From: Eledone cirrhosa
Taxonomy: Eukaryota
Reading direction: 5' to 3'
NCBI GenBank assembly: GCA_964016885.1
Contig: OZ024743.1
Span: 103,168,001-103,232,000 of the forward strand
DNA: 64,000 bases
The position numbers were made by a program, and so were the translations under genes. The notes beneath the pieces were generated by a model. The model saw nothing but the letters and a program-made list of their open reading frames with translations, had not been told where the DNA came from and did no database searches. Of this stretch, positions 35,498 through 50,057 are shown piece after piece (within the stretch, counting starts at the first letter, position 1; every line of letters begins with the position of its first letter).

Positions 35498-38400
35498 GTC
35501 CTACACGTGACAGCAGGTGTTCGACGTAAACCCACAAGTTAGCAATGCTCGGACTCTGGACGAGTGCGTGCAGGAAGGTTTCGTGGCCCTCCGCGCATCT
35601 CGGACATGCCCAGCTGACGGCACTTCCATGCCTGTAGAGTTTATCCCGAACTGGCAAAGCTCCTCGGTAGCACTACCAGGCAAAGGATTTGTGGAAGTTG
35701 TCCATGAGCCCCGGCCCGAAAGTTCTTTGGTAGAGATTGGCTAGTTAATTTTCGTCGACGCCTAGGGTTTCCCCAATTCCGTTGTCGCTCTTCCCCTCCA
35801 CTAATCCTCTATAGAACGCCAAGGTGGAGTTTCCACCGATCACATTGCCCGACTGGTCAAGGGCTGTGAGCGCGTGAAGATATTCCAATCTCCAAGCGCT
35901 CCCTCTCAGTCTTCGCTTGACTCAGGACTGCAGCTCCGTCAAAAAGATGAGCTGGGGAAAGACGCGTCTAGCAAACGGCGACCACACCTGATCACCGTTG
36001 AGGAAGAGGTGGAGATATCGTAGCCTTAGCACGTGTCTGCGCATCATCAGCCACGGCATGCCCAGCCCTCTACGTAGCGGGTGTTGACAGCAGATGGACC
36101 GCCTGACCATCGGCGCGCGTTTCTTCCACAAAAAGCGAAAGAGCAAACGTTCCAGCGCAGTCAGGCGAGGCTTAGGACAAGGCACGACGGTCAGGCGGTA
36201 GTAGATGACGGACGCGATGTACGCAAATGCCACTTCTTCTCGACCTTTCTGGGATAGCTTCCTCTCTGCCCATTTCTGGGTGAGAGAAGCCATCCTGCAC
36301 GTGATCTGGTCCCAGTTTTTGTCCGTCTGGAGGTCCGGACCGAACCAGACCCCTAACAATTTAACCGGTCCGTCCGTCCAGCGCCCGACGACGCTGTTGG
36401 ACGTCATGGACCTGCCTCTCCAGGTGCTGAGCTGCAGGCCCACAGACTTTTTCTGGTTGATCATTGCTCCTGTCACCGCTTCGTACTCTCTTAGTGTAGT
36501 GCCGATTTCCTCGATGTGTTTGGCGTTCGACACCACTACGGTGACATCGCCTGCATATGCTGACACGGATCTTCCGCATCCTAGTTCGCGCGGAAGCCCC
36601 CTCAACGTCTTCAGTTTGTGCAATAATGGCTCGAGAATCAATACGTACAAGAGGGAGGAGAGGGGACATCCTTGGTGGACCGAGCGCATGATGTTGAACG
36701 GTTCCGAAAGGTGACCGTTCACTTTCACCACAGAGCAGATGTTGCTGTGAATGGCAGCGATCCAGCCTCTGAAGACGGGCCCAAATCCAGCCGCTCTCAG
36801 GACTGCCGCCAGATAACTAAATTGATCAAGGACCCACCCATGCCAGGTTCCCTAACTACCCTCTCCACGCTGTATCGCATGAGGTGGAGGTTGTCGTGAT
36901 TGGATCTGTCTGGAATGGCGCATGTCTGCGCCTCTCACACCAGACCACCAACGACAAGTGCCAACCTCTTTGCTAGCACTTTGGCCAAAATCTTGAACTC
37001 TGTGTTTAGCAGAGTTATGGGTCTGAAATTATCTATGTTATCCCCCTTGTTCGGATCCTTTCTCAGCAGCGCCACCGCTCTCCGGCTCACAGAGCTGGGA
37101 ATTCTCCCGTTCTGTTGCCAGTTGCAGTAGACGTCCGCCAAGAGGCCTCCGAACAAGCCTGGCATCTGTACGTAATATACATAGGGCAGACCATCCAAAC
37201 CAGGCGTTTTACCCCATGTGCAGCCAGTCATTGCCTCCCGTACTTCAGCGGCTGCTATCGGCTTTTCGCAACACTCCGCCTCAGTGGGCGAGAGCCGCGG
37301 CAGTCCGTCGAGGTAGGCACTAAAGTCCATCCCTCTATCCGGCGCGCCGCAGCCCCCGAACAACTGAGCGAAATGTCGCGAGTAGCATGCGCCCGTTGTG
37401 GTCCACCAAAACCGGATCGTGGCTTTGTTGCCACGACGCGCCTCCGCCACTCGGGCCCATTGAACGGCTTTCATCCCGTCGTTTCTGAGAGCACGCACCC
37501 TAACTCTGACAACGGAGCCTTCGTGCTTTGCATTGAAGGATTGGTCAAAGGCCAATTTCGCCGCAAGTACGTCGGTCGCGATGCCTTTACTAAGCGCCTC
37601 GTCTAATTTTCTAACTAGTTCTCCCTCTGCTCTAATTTTCTCTATTGCTAAAGCCTTACTAAACCTAATGGACTCTATTCTAATCGCTTTTACAGAGCAA
37701 ACCACCACTTGTTGACGATGGCCCCCGTCAACGCCCGCTTAACTAGTTCGCTAATCCGGTCTCTGTAGGCCTTGCGCGCTGTTAATGACACGTTTGCTTA
37801 CAGTAGCCGGGTCCTTGTCTATGAAGCCTATCTAAGTCAACCTCACAGATCACGAATCTGTGGGTCGTGTAGTCGACTATTTTGAAATGTGGACAGCCTA
37901 TGATAGACCTATCTATTTCCCTACAAAATACCCTATCTAGATATGATCTGGATGACTCGATACGGTTTGTCCATGTCCACATTGGCACATTCGGGAAATC
38001 CAGACGGTACCTGTCAGACATTTGAAACCGTGTGAGCAGGTTTGCGAGTCTTTTACAATCTCCTCCCCTATCCGCTACCCCTACACAGCCCCAGCGTGCA
38101 TCTAAGTTTCCGTTCCAGTCGCCCACTAACACTAAAGAGCGTGACGTTCCAAGAAAGGTATCCAGACGCCCGAAGAAATCAGGCCACCCTGCTCCTGTCG
38201 GGGCATAGACGGCCACTAGCCTGAAAGCTTACCCGTCTCCGCTGATCACGTCCAGCTTCACCAACTTACCTTCTGGGTCCAGGAAGATGGCCCGTATGGC
38301 GAGTTCCAAACCTCTCCGAAAAAGCAGAGCAACTCCACCCCCGATCCAGGACGGCTGGGAGATGCGTACACATCGTAACCGCTGAAGATCGGTGCGAAGG

Positions 38401-40473
38401 CTCGGGCTTCGGAAATTCTGGTCTCGCTGTTAGCCACCACATCTATCGTTCAGCAGATGGCCCTGCTACCATGACGATCCCAGGCCACGCGCATTTATGC
38501 TGCCTATTCTGAGTGAGGTCATGTTGAAAAGGAGTGGGAAAAGATGGGAAATACCACTTACCTCACTTCTCGTAGAGGAAGGATGGTTCATCCATCCTTC
38601 TCACTGCCTGTTGCCTCCTCCGAAAGAATGTCCTTATAAATCCTCCTGGAGAGTGTTTGTCGGGGAATTTTTGTTTTAGTGTCGTGTGCGTTTTCTGTGT
38701 GGTGCGAGTGATTTGTATGTGTGGAAGTGGTGTGAATTTTTGGGGCGTTGTGTAGTCTTTTTCTGTGGTGCTGGTGCTGTGTTGGATGTAGTGTAATAAT
38801 TGGTTGTTGTTCAAATGTAATGCTGTGTAGTGTGTATAGTTTCGGTTGTTTTGTTTTGTTTGCTTTGTTGTGGGTTTGTTTCTGTTTCGGTTTTTGGTGA
38901 TTTTTGTGGTGTTAGTGATGGTGGTGTTGGGGTTAATGATGGTGATGGTGTTGGTATTTGTGGTGATGGGGCTGGTGGTGTCTTAACTTTTTTGCTTGTT
39001 TGATTATTTGTTTCCCCCTGAATTTTGTTTTTGGAGGGCTAAGGAAGAGGAATTTTTCTTTTTGGGGTTCTTTTTTCTTTTTCTTTTTTCCTGATACCAT
39101 TTCCCACTCCTCCTCGTCACAATTTGTCTCCTGTTGGGATAGGCCGGGGAGTGGAAAATCCTCCACAGTCGTTGGTTTTGGTTGTGTTGTGGTGGTGGTG
39201 GATGGTGGAAGGTGGGTTCCTGCGACACAAACGACACTGCTAGGTATTCTACCCTCAACGATTACGGTGAGGTGACTGCTGTCATTCAGGTCTATCACCT
39301 TTGGAATTTCCTCAATGTTTTTTGGTCCGCTTGGATCAGGAGCTCCATCCCAGATCCGGACCAGTTCTCCTGCTTTTCTTTTGTTACCTCAATTATTTTC
39401 GTGTAGGCCTCGATGCCGGCGGGGACGGCCGCCATTAGCCATGGCCGGCGGAACGTGGGTCACCCTGATCTTCACGAGTCTCTGACCACAATAACTTGGG
39501 ACGAGTATGAATTCGTCACTTCTTAATGGGACCATGGAGTGCTCTCTGGCTTCCTGTGGGGTTCCAAAGATCATGTCCACGGTTCGATATTTCTGCCCAC
39601 GTCTGATGTGGGTTTTTTCTCCCACACATGTCCCAAAGCTTTTTTGTATTTGGGACTCGGATGCGCGTTCCACTCGGCGTGATTTTGTGTTTATCGTCCG
39701 ATATGACACGGTGCATAAGCGCCGATGCTCCATTTTATTAGATGGGGGAGGGGGTTAGGCTGACCATGTACCCATCTTGTTTTACCATTCTCTTGGCTTC
39801 ATTTAATTCATCCTGGCTTACCTCGATTATTTCGCTTTTCTTGGCTGCTTTGGCAAACGACACATTTTGTTTTGCGGTGTTGATTTTGTTGTTGTTGCTG
39901 TTGTTGTTGCTGTTGTTGTTATTGTTAGTTTTGTTATTGTTATTTTAGTTTCAGTTGTGGTGGTGGTGGTGTCAGTGGTGTTCAGCGTGGAAGAGTCGAT
40001 TCTGGGTGAATCCATTTCGATGTCACCAGATAATTTATTTGTTTTTGTTTCTGTTGTCGATGTGGTAGGGGTGGCGGCTTTAACACCTGCAGCTATTGGT
40101 AATGGCGGGAAATGAATGTCTGCATGTGACAAATTTAAATTATTGCCACTGCTTATATTTTTAGTGTTGGCAACTGTAGTAATATTTACAATGCTTGTGT
40201 TGGTGTGAGGTGTTAGTTTGTGGGGAAGGCTGTCAGATTTGTGTGGCTGAGAGCCGTCCATGTTTTTTCAAAGAAAGTTTTTGTTTGATAATTATAAAAG
40301 TTTAAATTTTGGGCTCAAGGCCCCAAATCTTTTAGTGTCCTTTTCAGAAAGCAATATATGTGAACTTATAAACACCTAACAACAAAAATATTCCATAACT
40401 GGCAATTTGAAACAACTGAAAACAACAAACCTTTGCGGAACTCACGATAATACGATTTCCTACGTAGGTCGCC
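35497..40473 (-). mobile_element. Tx1-type element with 5' UTR, ORF1 and ORF2 but lacking its own 3' end, degenerate
   Basis: ORF1 remnants at 40261-38563, ORF2 ATG near 38523 (MTSLRIGSINARGL), APE and RT closely similar to 7550-10350. The 5' GG abuts (ATT)n. Confidence 0.9.
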
Positions 40474-40503
40474 AATAATAATAATAATTATTATTATTAT
40501 TAT

Positions 40504-43500
40504 TTCATTTATTAGCCACAAGGGCCGACATGTAGGGGACAATACAAAGACAAGGACAGTGGGGGTTTACAATAAGGTCGAGTAAAGGTGCACAATAGCA
40601 AGGCTAATTTAACAATGAAGATATACAAAAATATAAAATAAATTATGCATAAATATAAGAAAATAAATTCCCCTATAGGCGGTGGACGACCCAGGTGTGA
40701 CTCACGTACCCCACCAATCCTGCACCACACTGCGCTTCTAGGGCACCCAGGGAGAGCACCCCTCTCCTCAAGTTAGCTAGCCTATAGGCGCATGGTCAGA
40801 GTAGGCCCATTCACACGGGCCATTCTCGCCACGTTCATCCACCTTTTAGCAAATGTACTGGGGGGCAGCACTTCACTCCCCACCCTCACCTTCCTTTCCA
40901 GGTGAAACTTGAAGAAGTTGATGAAGTATTGGCCGAAGAGAAAAGTGTCTGTCTTCAGTCCTTTTAATCCGGTCCACCATATAACCACTTTTGCAACGGC
41001 CACCAGACAGATGAAAATTGCCTGCTCTTCCTGACCTAAGGAAGGCGGCGGGTCGATCTTCACTGTGGCCTCGGCCGATAGCCGGATCCGTTCTACACGC
41101 GACAGTAGCTGTTCGACATAACGCCACAAGTCAGTAATGCACGGACATTGGACAAGTGCGTGCAGAACGGTTTCGGCGCTCTGTGCGCATCTTGGACAGG
41201 TTCGTCTGACAGCACTTCCGTGCCTGTAGAGTTTATCTCGAACCGGCAGTGCACCCCGGTTGCACTGCCAAGGGAGGGATTTCTGGAAATTGTCCATCGT
41301 CCCCGGCTCGAAAATCCTCCGATACAGACTGGTCAATTCGACTTCGTCGAGGCCCAAAGCTTCTCCGAGTGCGTCATCGCACTTGCCCACCACTAATCCT
41401 CTATAAAACTCGAGAGTGGAAGTTCCACTGATCGCATTTCCCGCTTGGTAGAGGGCAGTGAGGGACTGACAACATTTCAGGTGCCAGTCACCCAATCTCG
41501 GTCTCTTCTTGACCCAGGACTGCAGCTCAGTCAAAGAAACGAGCTGCGGAAAGGCTCGCCTGATAAACGGCGACCACCCCTGTTCACCGTTTAGGCAGAA
41601 TATCTTGAGAAGTCGCAGCCTCAGCGCATGTCTGCGCATCATTAGCCACGGCATGCCCAGCCCTCAACGTAGAGGGTGCTGGCAGCAGATGGACCGCCTC
41701 ACAAACGGAACTTGTCCTTCCTACAAGAATTTGAAGAGGAGCCGTTCCAACTTGACGAGGCGTGGACAAGGCACGACGGTCAGGCGGTAGTAGATGACGG
41801 ACGCGATGTACGCATTCGCCACTTCCGCACGACTTTTCAGTGATAGCTTCCTCCCAACCAATTTTTAGGTGAGACTGGTTACTCTGGTCATTACCTCCTC
41901 CCAATTCTTTTCCACCTGGTGGTCTGGTCAGAACCAAACCCCAAGCAACTTTACCGGTCCGTCCGTCAAGCGCCCCACGACGCTGTTGGACAGGCATAGG
42001 CTTGACTCTCCAGGTTCCGAGCTGCAAGCCCACCGACTTTTCCGGATTAAGTTTGGCTCCTGTCAACCTTTCATATTCCTTCAATAAGGTGCCGACCACC
42101 TCGATTTCTGAGGTGTCCGACACCTTCACGGTGATGTCGTCCGCATAAGCCGACATCGCCTTTCCACGCCCCGGTTCGAACGGCATGCCCTGCAACAGCT
42201 CCATCTTCCGCAGTAAAGGCTCGAGAATCAATACGTACAGAAGGGAAGAGAGAGCGAACCCTTGATGGACCGATCGGGAGAGCCAAAATGGTTCGGAGAG
42301 GTGGCCATTAACCTTGACCACCGGGCGTGTGCCGCTGTGCATTGCAGCGATCCAGCTTCTGAAGACAGGGCCGAAGCCAGCTGCTTTGAGGAAAAATTCC
42401 AGATACTGATGGTCGACCCTATCGAATACTTTCGATTGATCTAAATTGATCAGTGCCCCACCGAAGCCAGGTTTACCCCCTACCCTCTCTATGATGTATC
42501 GCATGAGGTGGAGATTCTCCTGTATGGACCTGGCTGGGATTGCGCAAGTTTGCGCCTCCCCAACCAAATCCTCAACGACAACCGCCAATCTCTTTACTAA
42601 CACCTTGGCCAAAATCTTAAACTCTGTGTCGAGCAGCATTATGGGCCTGAAGTTGTCTAATGTATCCCTCTTGTTCTCGTCTTTCTTTATCAGCGTCACC
42701 ACTCCCCTGCTCACAGAACTGGGAATACTCCCATTCTGCTGCCAGTTGCAGTAGTGTGCTTCAAAGAGATCGGAGAACAAGTTTGGCATATTTACGTAAA
42801 GATCGTAGGGCAGGCCATCCAAACCGGCTGACTTGCACCTCATGCAACCGACAAGGACGTCCTGAATTTCGGCTGAAGTAATCGGCCATTCGCAGCGCTC
42901 AGCGTCGACCGTCGAGATGCGCGGCAAGCCGTCAATGTAGGGACTGAACTCCGCTACTCTCTCTGACTCGCCACTCTCCCCGAACAACCGAGCAACGTGC
43001 TGGCGAAAAGCCTCACACATCCGCTTGGAATCGATTATCTCATGTCCGTCTCGGTCCGCCAAAGTCTGAATTATGGTTTTATTACCACGCTGCGCCTCCG
43101 CCACGCGGGCCCATCGAACAGCTTTGGTTCCCTCGTTTCTCAGCGCACGCGCCTTACCTCTGACAATGCAATCTTCGTGTTTCGCATTGAAGAAATAGTC
43201 CAATGCCATTCTCGCCGTTAGCACGTCAGTTGCAATACCACTACAAATAGCCTCGTCTAACTTATCTACCAGCCTATCTACAGATCACAAATGTGTGATC
43301 TGAATAGGCGACCGTTTTAAAAAGTGGGCAGCCCACACTATTTCTATCTATTTTCCTAATGAACATCCTGTCTATATACGATCTAGATGACCACATGTGG
43401 TTGGTCCATGTCCATACTGGCGCATTGGGGAAATCTAGTCGATACCTCTCAGACAGTTGGAACTGGCTGATTAGGTGCTTGAGGCTTTTGCACCCCCCGC

Positions 43501-44048
43501 TCCTATCAGCTACTCCCAAACAATCCCAGCGTGCGTCTAAGATGCCATTCCAGTCCCCCGCTAACAGTAAAGGGCGAGACGTACCCAGAAAGGTCTCCAT
43601 ACGTCTAAAGAAGTCAGGTCGTCCAGCCCCTGTAGGGGCGTTGACGGCCAGCAGTCTAAAGACACCACCATCGCTACTGTTCACATCAAAGACCACCAAC
43701 TTACCGTCCGGGTGCCGGAAGATCGACCTTACCTCGAGATCCAGTCCTTTCCTAAACAGCACTGCCACCCCACCTCTCATTCCCGGCCTGCTAACAGACG
43801 CGAAGATCTGATAGTCGTCGAAAATGGGGGCTAGTGCGCGCGTGTCGGAAATTCTGGTCTCGCTGACGGCAATCACATCCATTTCCAGCGACCTGAGGTC
43901 GTTGAGCAAGCGACCCTGCTTCCAGGGTGACCCCAGGCCGCGAACATTTAAACTTCTTACTCTTAATATGGCCATGTTGGCAAGCTAAAAGAGAGAGGGA
44001 AGGTTTACTTACCTCCCTCCTTATGTGTGGTGGGTGTACGTTCATGGA
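40504..44048 (-). mobile_element. Tx1-type element of a different subfamily, ORF2 plus 3' UTR, 5'-truncated
   Basis: 43274-43975 encodes APE (LNVRGL, SETR, GDWN, IDR, SDH), 41584-43224 RT, 40782-41654 C-terminus with CPRC..HALVQC. AATAAA followed by an AAT/ATT tail. Confidence 0.92.
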
Positions 44049-44075
44049 TATATTTATATATTTTATATATATTTA

Positions 44076-44148
<73 letters not shown>

Positions 44149-45029
44149 AGTATGTGTTGGTTCACTCCTGTGATTTCGATTTCATTTTTCATCCTTTTAC
44201 GAGACAAGAGCAACAAAACACAAGTAATGGATTTAATTGAATTGTTTATAATGCTCCCACCAAATAATCAGAAATTATAACTCTTAAATATTTTACAAAA
44301 TCTTCACAGTACTCTCCCTTGAATACGAATTTTTAACTAAAGATTTTATTGCACGTTTTTTGTTTGCCCAAACTATGGACTAAATATTAAAAGGATGCAT
44401 TGGCTTAAGTAGTCCTCGATGGATTTAGCCAAAAATTAATTAATAGAAAGGGCTAAATGACTTTCATCGTGGATTTGTTTGATCTGGACTAGCAATAGCA
44501 ACAAGCTTACATTGTTGGAATTTGAAATTCGTATTATAAATGCAGAAAATGAGATACTGTTGATTGTGTAAAATAAGAGGCTTTGTTTTTAATATTATAC
44601 ATTATTGATTTAGTGCTTCCGGTGACGACGGTGGATGCTTATAACAGGTAGAGATCGCTGGTTGATAAGTGAGGAATTTACCTTGATTTATTGCGCTTAC
44701 ATTGTAAGGGAAGTAACTCCTGTCGTAGCAATTAGCTACTTAAAACGATTTTTCTGACGGAAGCTTCTTGCTGCAAACTTATCATCTAAGTAACTGATAT
44801 TATCCTACTTTTCATAGAAATTATACAACTTGGAGATTATTTGTAAGAATTAAAGCTGGAGTTGTTAGAAGGTCTCATAGAATGTTTTCAGGTATTTATT
44901 CCAACTTTAAGTTCAAAACAAATAGAGATAATTTCGAGGTCGATAAAAAAACGTCGACTGATGGTTCAGGAAGTGTTCCTTAAACCGGCCTTCCGCCATA
45001 CCCACATAGCATTTGACCTCCTGTTGTTG

Positions 45030-45270
45030 ATTTGGTCGTAGATTTCTTAGACATAAATTTAGACCTTCGCACACATACCTTCAGACCCTTACATAAACTA
45101 AATGAAAAACTTAATAACATACACAAGGACTCATGCCACCCTCCTACTATTTTTAGAAACTTCGTAAATAATATCGGTACTAGAATCTCTAACCTCTCCT
45201 CTAATAAAGCAATATTTGAACTCCAACCAAAATTAAATAGAAAACATGAATGGAACAGCAACATCACAAC
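45030..45270 (+). mobile_element. Penelope-like RT thumb fragment
   Basis: VDFLDINLDL..FRPLHK..SCHPPTIFRN..RISNLSSN. Confidence 0.8.
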
Positions 45271-45669
45271 TTACAATTAAGGACAAAATAAAACCACACA
45301 CACACATAGAACAATCAACCAACCAGTAACATGCAAATAAACAAATAAATAAACAAATATAAACACACACAGACACCCGGATGTAATACATGCGCAAACT
45401 AAGCACACAACACACACAAAAACAAGATGGCGTAGGACAGAACAAAGGAGAGGCACAAAAACAAAGAAAAGAATCCCAGTCAGTGAAGAGGTCACAGAAT
45501 GTGTGACGAAAGAACTTTGACAATATATGAACAATCATCTGGTTGTGGAACCAACCAACCAACCGGAAATTTATAAATTCCTAAATTTATAAATTTAATT
45601 TATAATAAATTGAAGTGAAAGCAACTGGTGCGTGTGTTTCTTATTGGCAACATGACCCTCCCAATGTAT

Positions 45670-45727
<58 letters not shown>

Positions 45728-45732
<5 letters not shown>

Positions 45733-45834
45733 CATACACATATACATACATACATGCATACATACATACATACATACATACATACATACATACATACATA
45801 CATACATACATACATACATACATACATACATACA
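45728..45834. repeat. (CATA)n microsatellite
   Basis: Direct reading. Confidence 0.97.
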
Positions 45835-48800
45835 ATGGCGACCGTTGTGGTCAGTGTCCGATAATTGGACGTGTGTAATTACGGCTTACATGAAGGCAAC
45901 ATACCATATATTGGAAAAAGTTGAGCTACATTACGCGGTAAGATTACATACAATAATTCTACATAAGTGTTTGAACTGTAAGTGTGTTGTAAAACACCTA
46001 TTTATATGAACGATACATACACTTATGATATATGAACGATACATACACTTTAACATATAAATGCAACGTTGTTATATTACATTTATAAAGAAATATAAAA
46101 GTAACGTTTTCGATTCAGAAACAAAAATATAAGTGTTTGAACTGTGAATGTTGTGAATATGTTGTAGAACACCTATTTATATGAATGATACATAAACTTT
46201 AACATATAAATACAGCGTTGTTATATTATATTACATTCGTAAAGGAATATACTAAGTAACGGTTCTTTTTGTTCTCGATTCAAACGATTCAAGAACAACG
46301 TTTAAAACACAGTTGTAGAATTAAAAACTAACTGAAAAGAAATATTACCCAAGCTGTGAATAACTTTAAATTTGATTCTGACAGAACTTTGTCGTAACTT
46401 TTAAAGAAGATCATCGACTATTTAAAAAAAATAAATACAAAATATTAGTGAATAGACGAACTCATCATGGCAAAAAGTACAAGTCTCCTTCGACCAAATC
46501 GCAATTACAACCGTTGTATACAGTGGAGCTACGAGCTTAACAAAGAATTATATGAAGCATACAAACAATCTGAACCCCAAAAGTTCGGTTTTATGCAAAG
46601 GCTAAAAACTTTATGGAACTCCAAACACCCAGAATTAGACTTTTCTCCAAAGCATCTAAATGAACAGGCAAAACGTATCATTAGATGTAAATTGATACAT
46701 CTAACGGAATCGAGTGATACTACAAATACAGCCTTGTAGACAACCACCCCACCTCCACTGACAGACAAAGAGAATGGCCGGCTAAATTTAACAGTGAACA
46801 GCTCACCAACAATTTTGCTGAAATCCATCCCACTTCCACTGAAGAACAGCGAGAAAGGTCAGCTGACTCTAGTAGTAATTGTCACCACATCAACAACGAG
46901 GCTGCAATTCATGACTCTACTGAACAAACAGAGCACCAAAAACTTGTGGGCACCCTACAAGTGATATGGAACGATATGTTTCAAGAGATACACAGCCTTA
47001 ATGTGAGTGACAGACCATACAACACTAGAGTCAGTAAAGAACCCACTAAATTGGAATTGGAAGCGGTGAACGAAATAGCTGGCAATTATCTGAAGGCTAT
47101 ACGATCTAAAGGTGTAGAAACGACATTTGAAACGCTCAATGTTTTGTTATATGTTTCAGCTGTCACATTGCTATCATATAACACACATCTAAAACCACGC
47201 AATCAAGATACAAACAGAAAGCCTGACCAGCGTGGATGCGAAATTTAAAAACCAAAATTTTGTCCCTGAGACGAAGTATCTCACACATCGCAGTCGTTAT
47301 GAAATGCAACATAGAGAGAAACTTCACACGACACCAGGAAGACCTAAAGAAAAAGTTAGAGAGACGATTTGGAGATACCAAATTTAAAACTTTGAACTCC
47401 AAATTACACCAGTTGAAACAACAACTCACAGCTACAACAGAAAGACTAAAATATAAGTCAACAGCCCATAAACGACAAGTGCTAAATAGATTGTTTGCCA
47501 GAGATCCTAAATCAGTTTATCGCAGCTTCGGTGGCAAAAGCTCAATCCCTGTAAACGACACCCCTTCAAAAGAACAGGTTGAGAACTACTGGAGATCTGT
47601 ATGGGAAACGGATGACGGATTCAACAGACAAGCTAATTGGCTAAAACAACTGGAACAGGACTACTGCCAACATGTCCAGACAAAACAATATGACATAGAT
47701 GGGTCAATACTGGAAACAGCTCTACAGAAAATGTCGAATAGGAAATCGCCAGGCCCAGACCTCATTACAGGATACTGGTTGAAGAATTTCACTTTCTATC
47801 GGCAAGATCTCATACGGCTGTTTACAGAAACCATTAAGGGCACACAAGAACTGCCCAGATGGTTATCAACTGCCACTACTCTCCTCATTCCCAAAAATAG
47901 CCAAACCACCCTTGCTAAAAATTACCGCCCAATTGCCTGCCAAAACATCATGTATAAATTATATACTGGGTGCCTTAACCTGTTCTTACAGGATCACTGT
48001 GCTACCAACAACATCATAACACCTGAGCAAGCTGGTGGAAAGAGGGAGGTGTGGGGTTGCATAGATCACCTACTAACTAACAAAATGATTCAGGAAAAAA
48101 CAACAAAGAATCGCAGAAACATGACTGTCGTGTGGCTGGACTATCAAAAAGCATTTGATAGTGTACCTCATGGGTGGATTATTAAGGCTTTACAGTTAGC
48201 TAAAGTCCCACAACCATTAGTAGCTGCTGTTGAACGCCTGACCAAGAACTGGTACACCAATTTGATCCTTAGAGGTGAGAAGGAGCAGGTTAAGACTGAT
48301 AGGATACATTACCAGAAGGGCATCTTTCAGGGTGATAGCTTGTCAGTACTACTCTTCGTTCTCTCACTGAATCCACTATCTTACCTACTCAGGAAACAAG
48401 GTGGACAAAGAAGTGGGCCCAGAAGTATCTCCCATCTTTTCTTTGTTGATGACCTGAAGTTGTATGGGCCAAATATCAATGACATCAAGAAACAATTGGA
48501 CCTCATTACACAATTTTCAACCGACATCAAAATGAAATTTGGTGAGTCCAAGTGTGCATATTTGGCAGTAAAACGTGGAAGAGCTGTGCCCTCCTCTAGA
48601 AATCTAGATATGAACGGCCTGAAAATACAACCTCTGCAGTCAGGTGACAACTACAGATATCTTGGACAGGATGAGAATGTCAGATATGATGGACCCATAA
48701 ATAAGGAGAGAACCAGAACTGAATACCTCAGAAGAGTAAAAAAAATATGGTCATCAGAACTGTCAGCATACAACAAATACATTGCCCACAATACCTATGC

Positions 48801-50057
48801 TGTGCCAATTATAACGCCAACATTTGGCCTACTGAACTGGTCATTGCAAGAACTAAGTGAGATGGATGTTAGAACTCGTAAACTTCTCAGTGTTACTAGG
48901 AACTTTAACATCAATGGTGATGTGGATAGGCTATACTTCTCACGCAAGGAAGGTGGCCGGGGTCTAAAATCAATATTAACAACATATGAGACCCGGATAG
49001 TAACACTGAAGCAACACCTTCAACAGAGGAAAAAGGTTGGCGACCATCTTGCTCAGGTTTATGAGCATGAAAAAAGAAATATCATTAGAATAGCGACTGA
49101 TCTGGAGGAGAGATATGGAATAAAGCCTGATATAAATCTCTCACCCAGAGAAATCGGAAGATCCTATTCTATGTTCAAACAAGAAAAAAAAATTGACCAA
49201 TTTACAGAGAAAGTTGTGCATGGATACTTGAGGCGTAAAACACAGACCATAGAGAGCATAAACCACTCTGGCATGGAGTTCCGACAAGTTTATGACATCA
49301 CACCTTGAGGGATATCTCTATGCAATACAGGAACAAGAACTCCCTACCAAATATCTGCTGCACAAAAGAGGAGGGCCAGCAGCTGACAATAAATGTAGGC
49401 TATGTAAAACAAAGATCGAGGATGTAAGCCACATTGTTGCCAGCTGCGAAAGAATGTCATCTCGCTACTACCTCCCCATGAGACACGATGGGATAGCTAG
49501 AACTATCTGGAACGCACTTCGGAAAACAAAATTAACAACAAACGAGGAAGAATATATTGAGACAGATGGCACTAAGGAATACTGGTGGAACCTGAAAATA
49601 AAAACTGCCACCAAATTAAAGCACAACCGGCCTGATATTGTAGTTTGGGACCACACATTGAAAACGTGTTCTGTTGTGGAGATCAGCTGCCCACTTGATG
49701 TAAACGTTGTCAGAAAAATACAGGAGAAGGAGGACATCTACGGACCATTGATGAGGAGCTTACAAATCCAGTATCCAAGATACACCTTTAGCTTCATACC
49801 CATCATTATTGGTGCTACGGGTTATATACCAACCCGCTTGGACCAAAGTATGACCGAACTTGGATTTGCGGACAAAAAGCGCAGCTCCCTAATTCATAGT
49901 CTACAAATGGCTGCGATAGCTGGCACCTTCAAAATATGCAAAACATTCTTGCGATTCAAGGGATGACAATTTCTTTTCTTTTACAACCTTGCCACCAGGA
50001 AGGTGGCCGGTCAAAAAAATATACTCGAAATTAAGAGAAAGAGAAAACATACATACA
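45835..50057 (+). mobile_element. Apparently full-length R4-clade RLE retrotransposon flanked by (CATA)n, with frameshifts
   Basis: ATG at 46467 (QWSYELNKELYEAY..LNEQAKRI), RT 47236-49308 (KSPGPD, QGDSLS, FFVDDLKL), 49292-49966 CRLC..HIVASC and HNRPDIVV..VEISCP. 3' hairpin gccacc-aggaa-ggtggc and tail catacataca. The 5' region has a duplication of about 165 bp. Confidence 0.92.
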
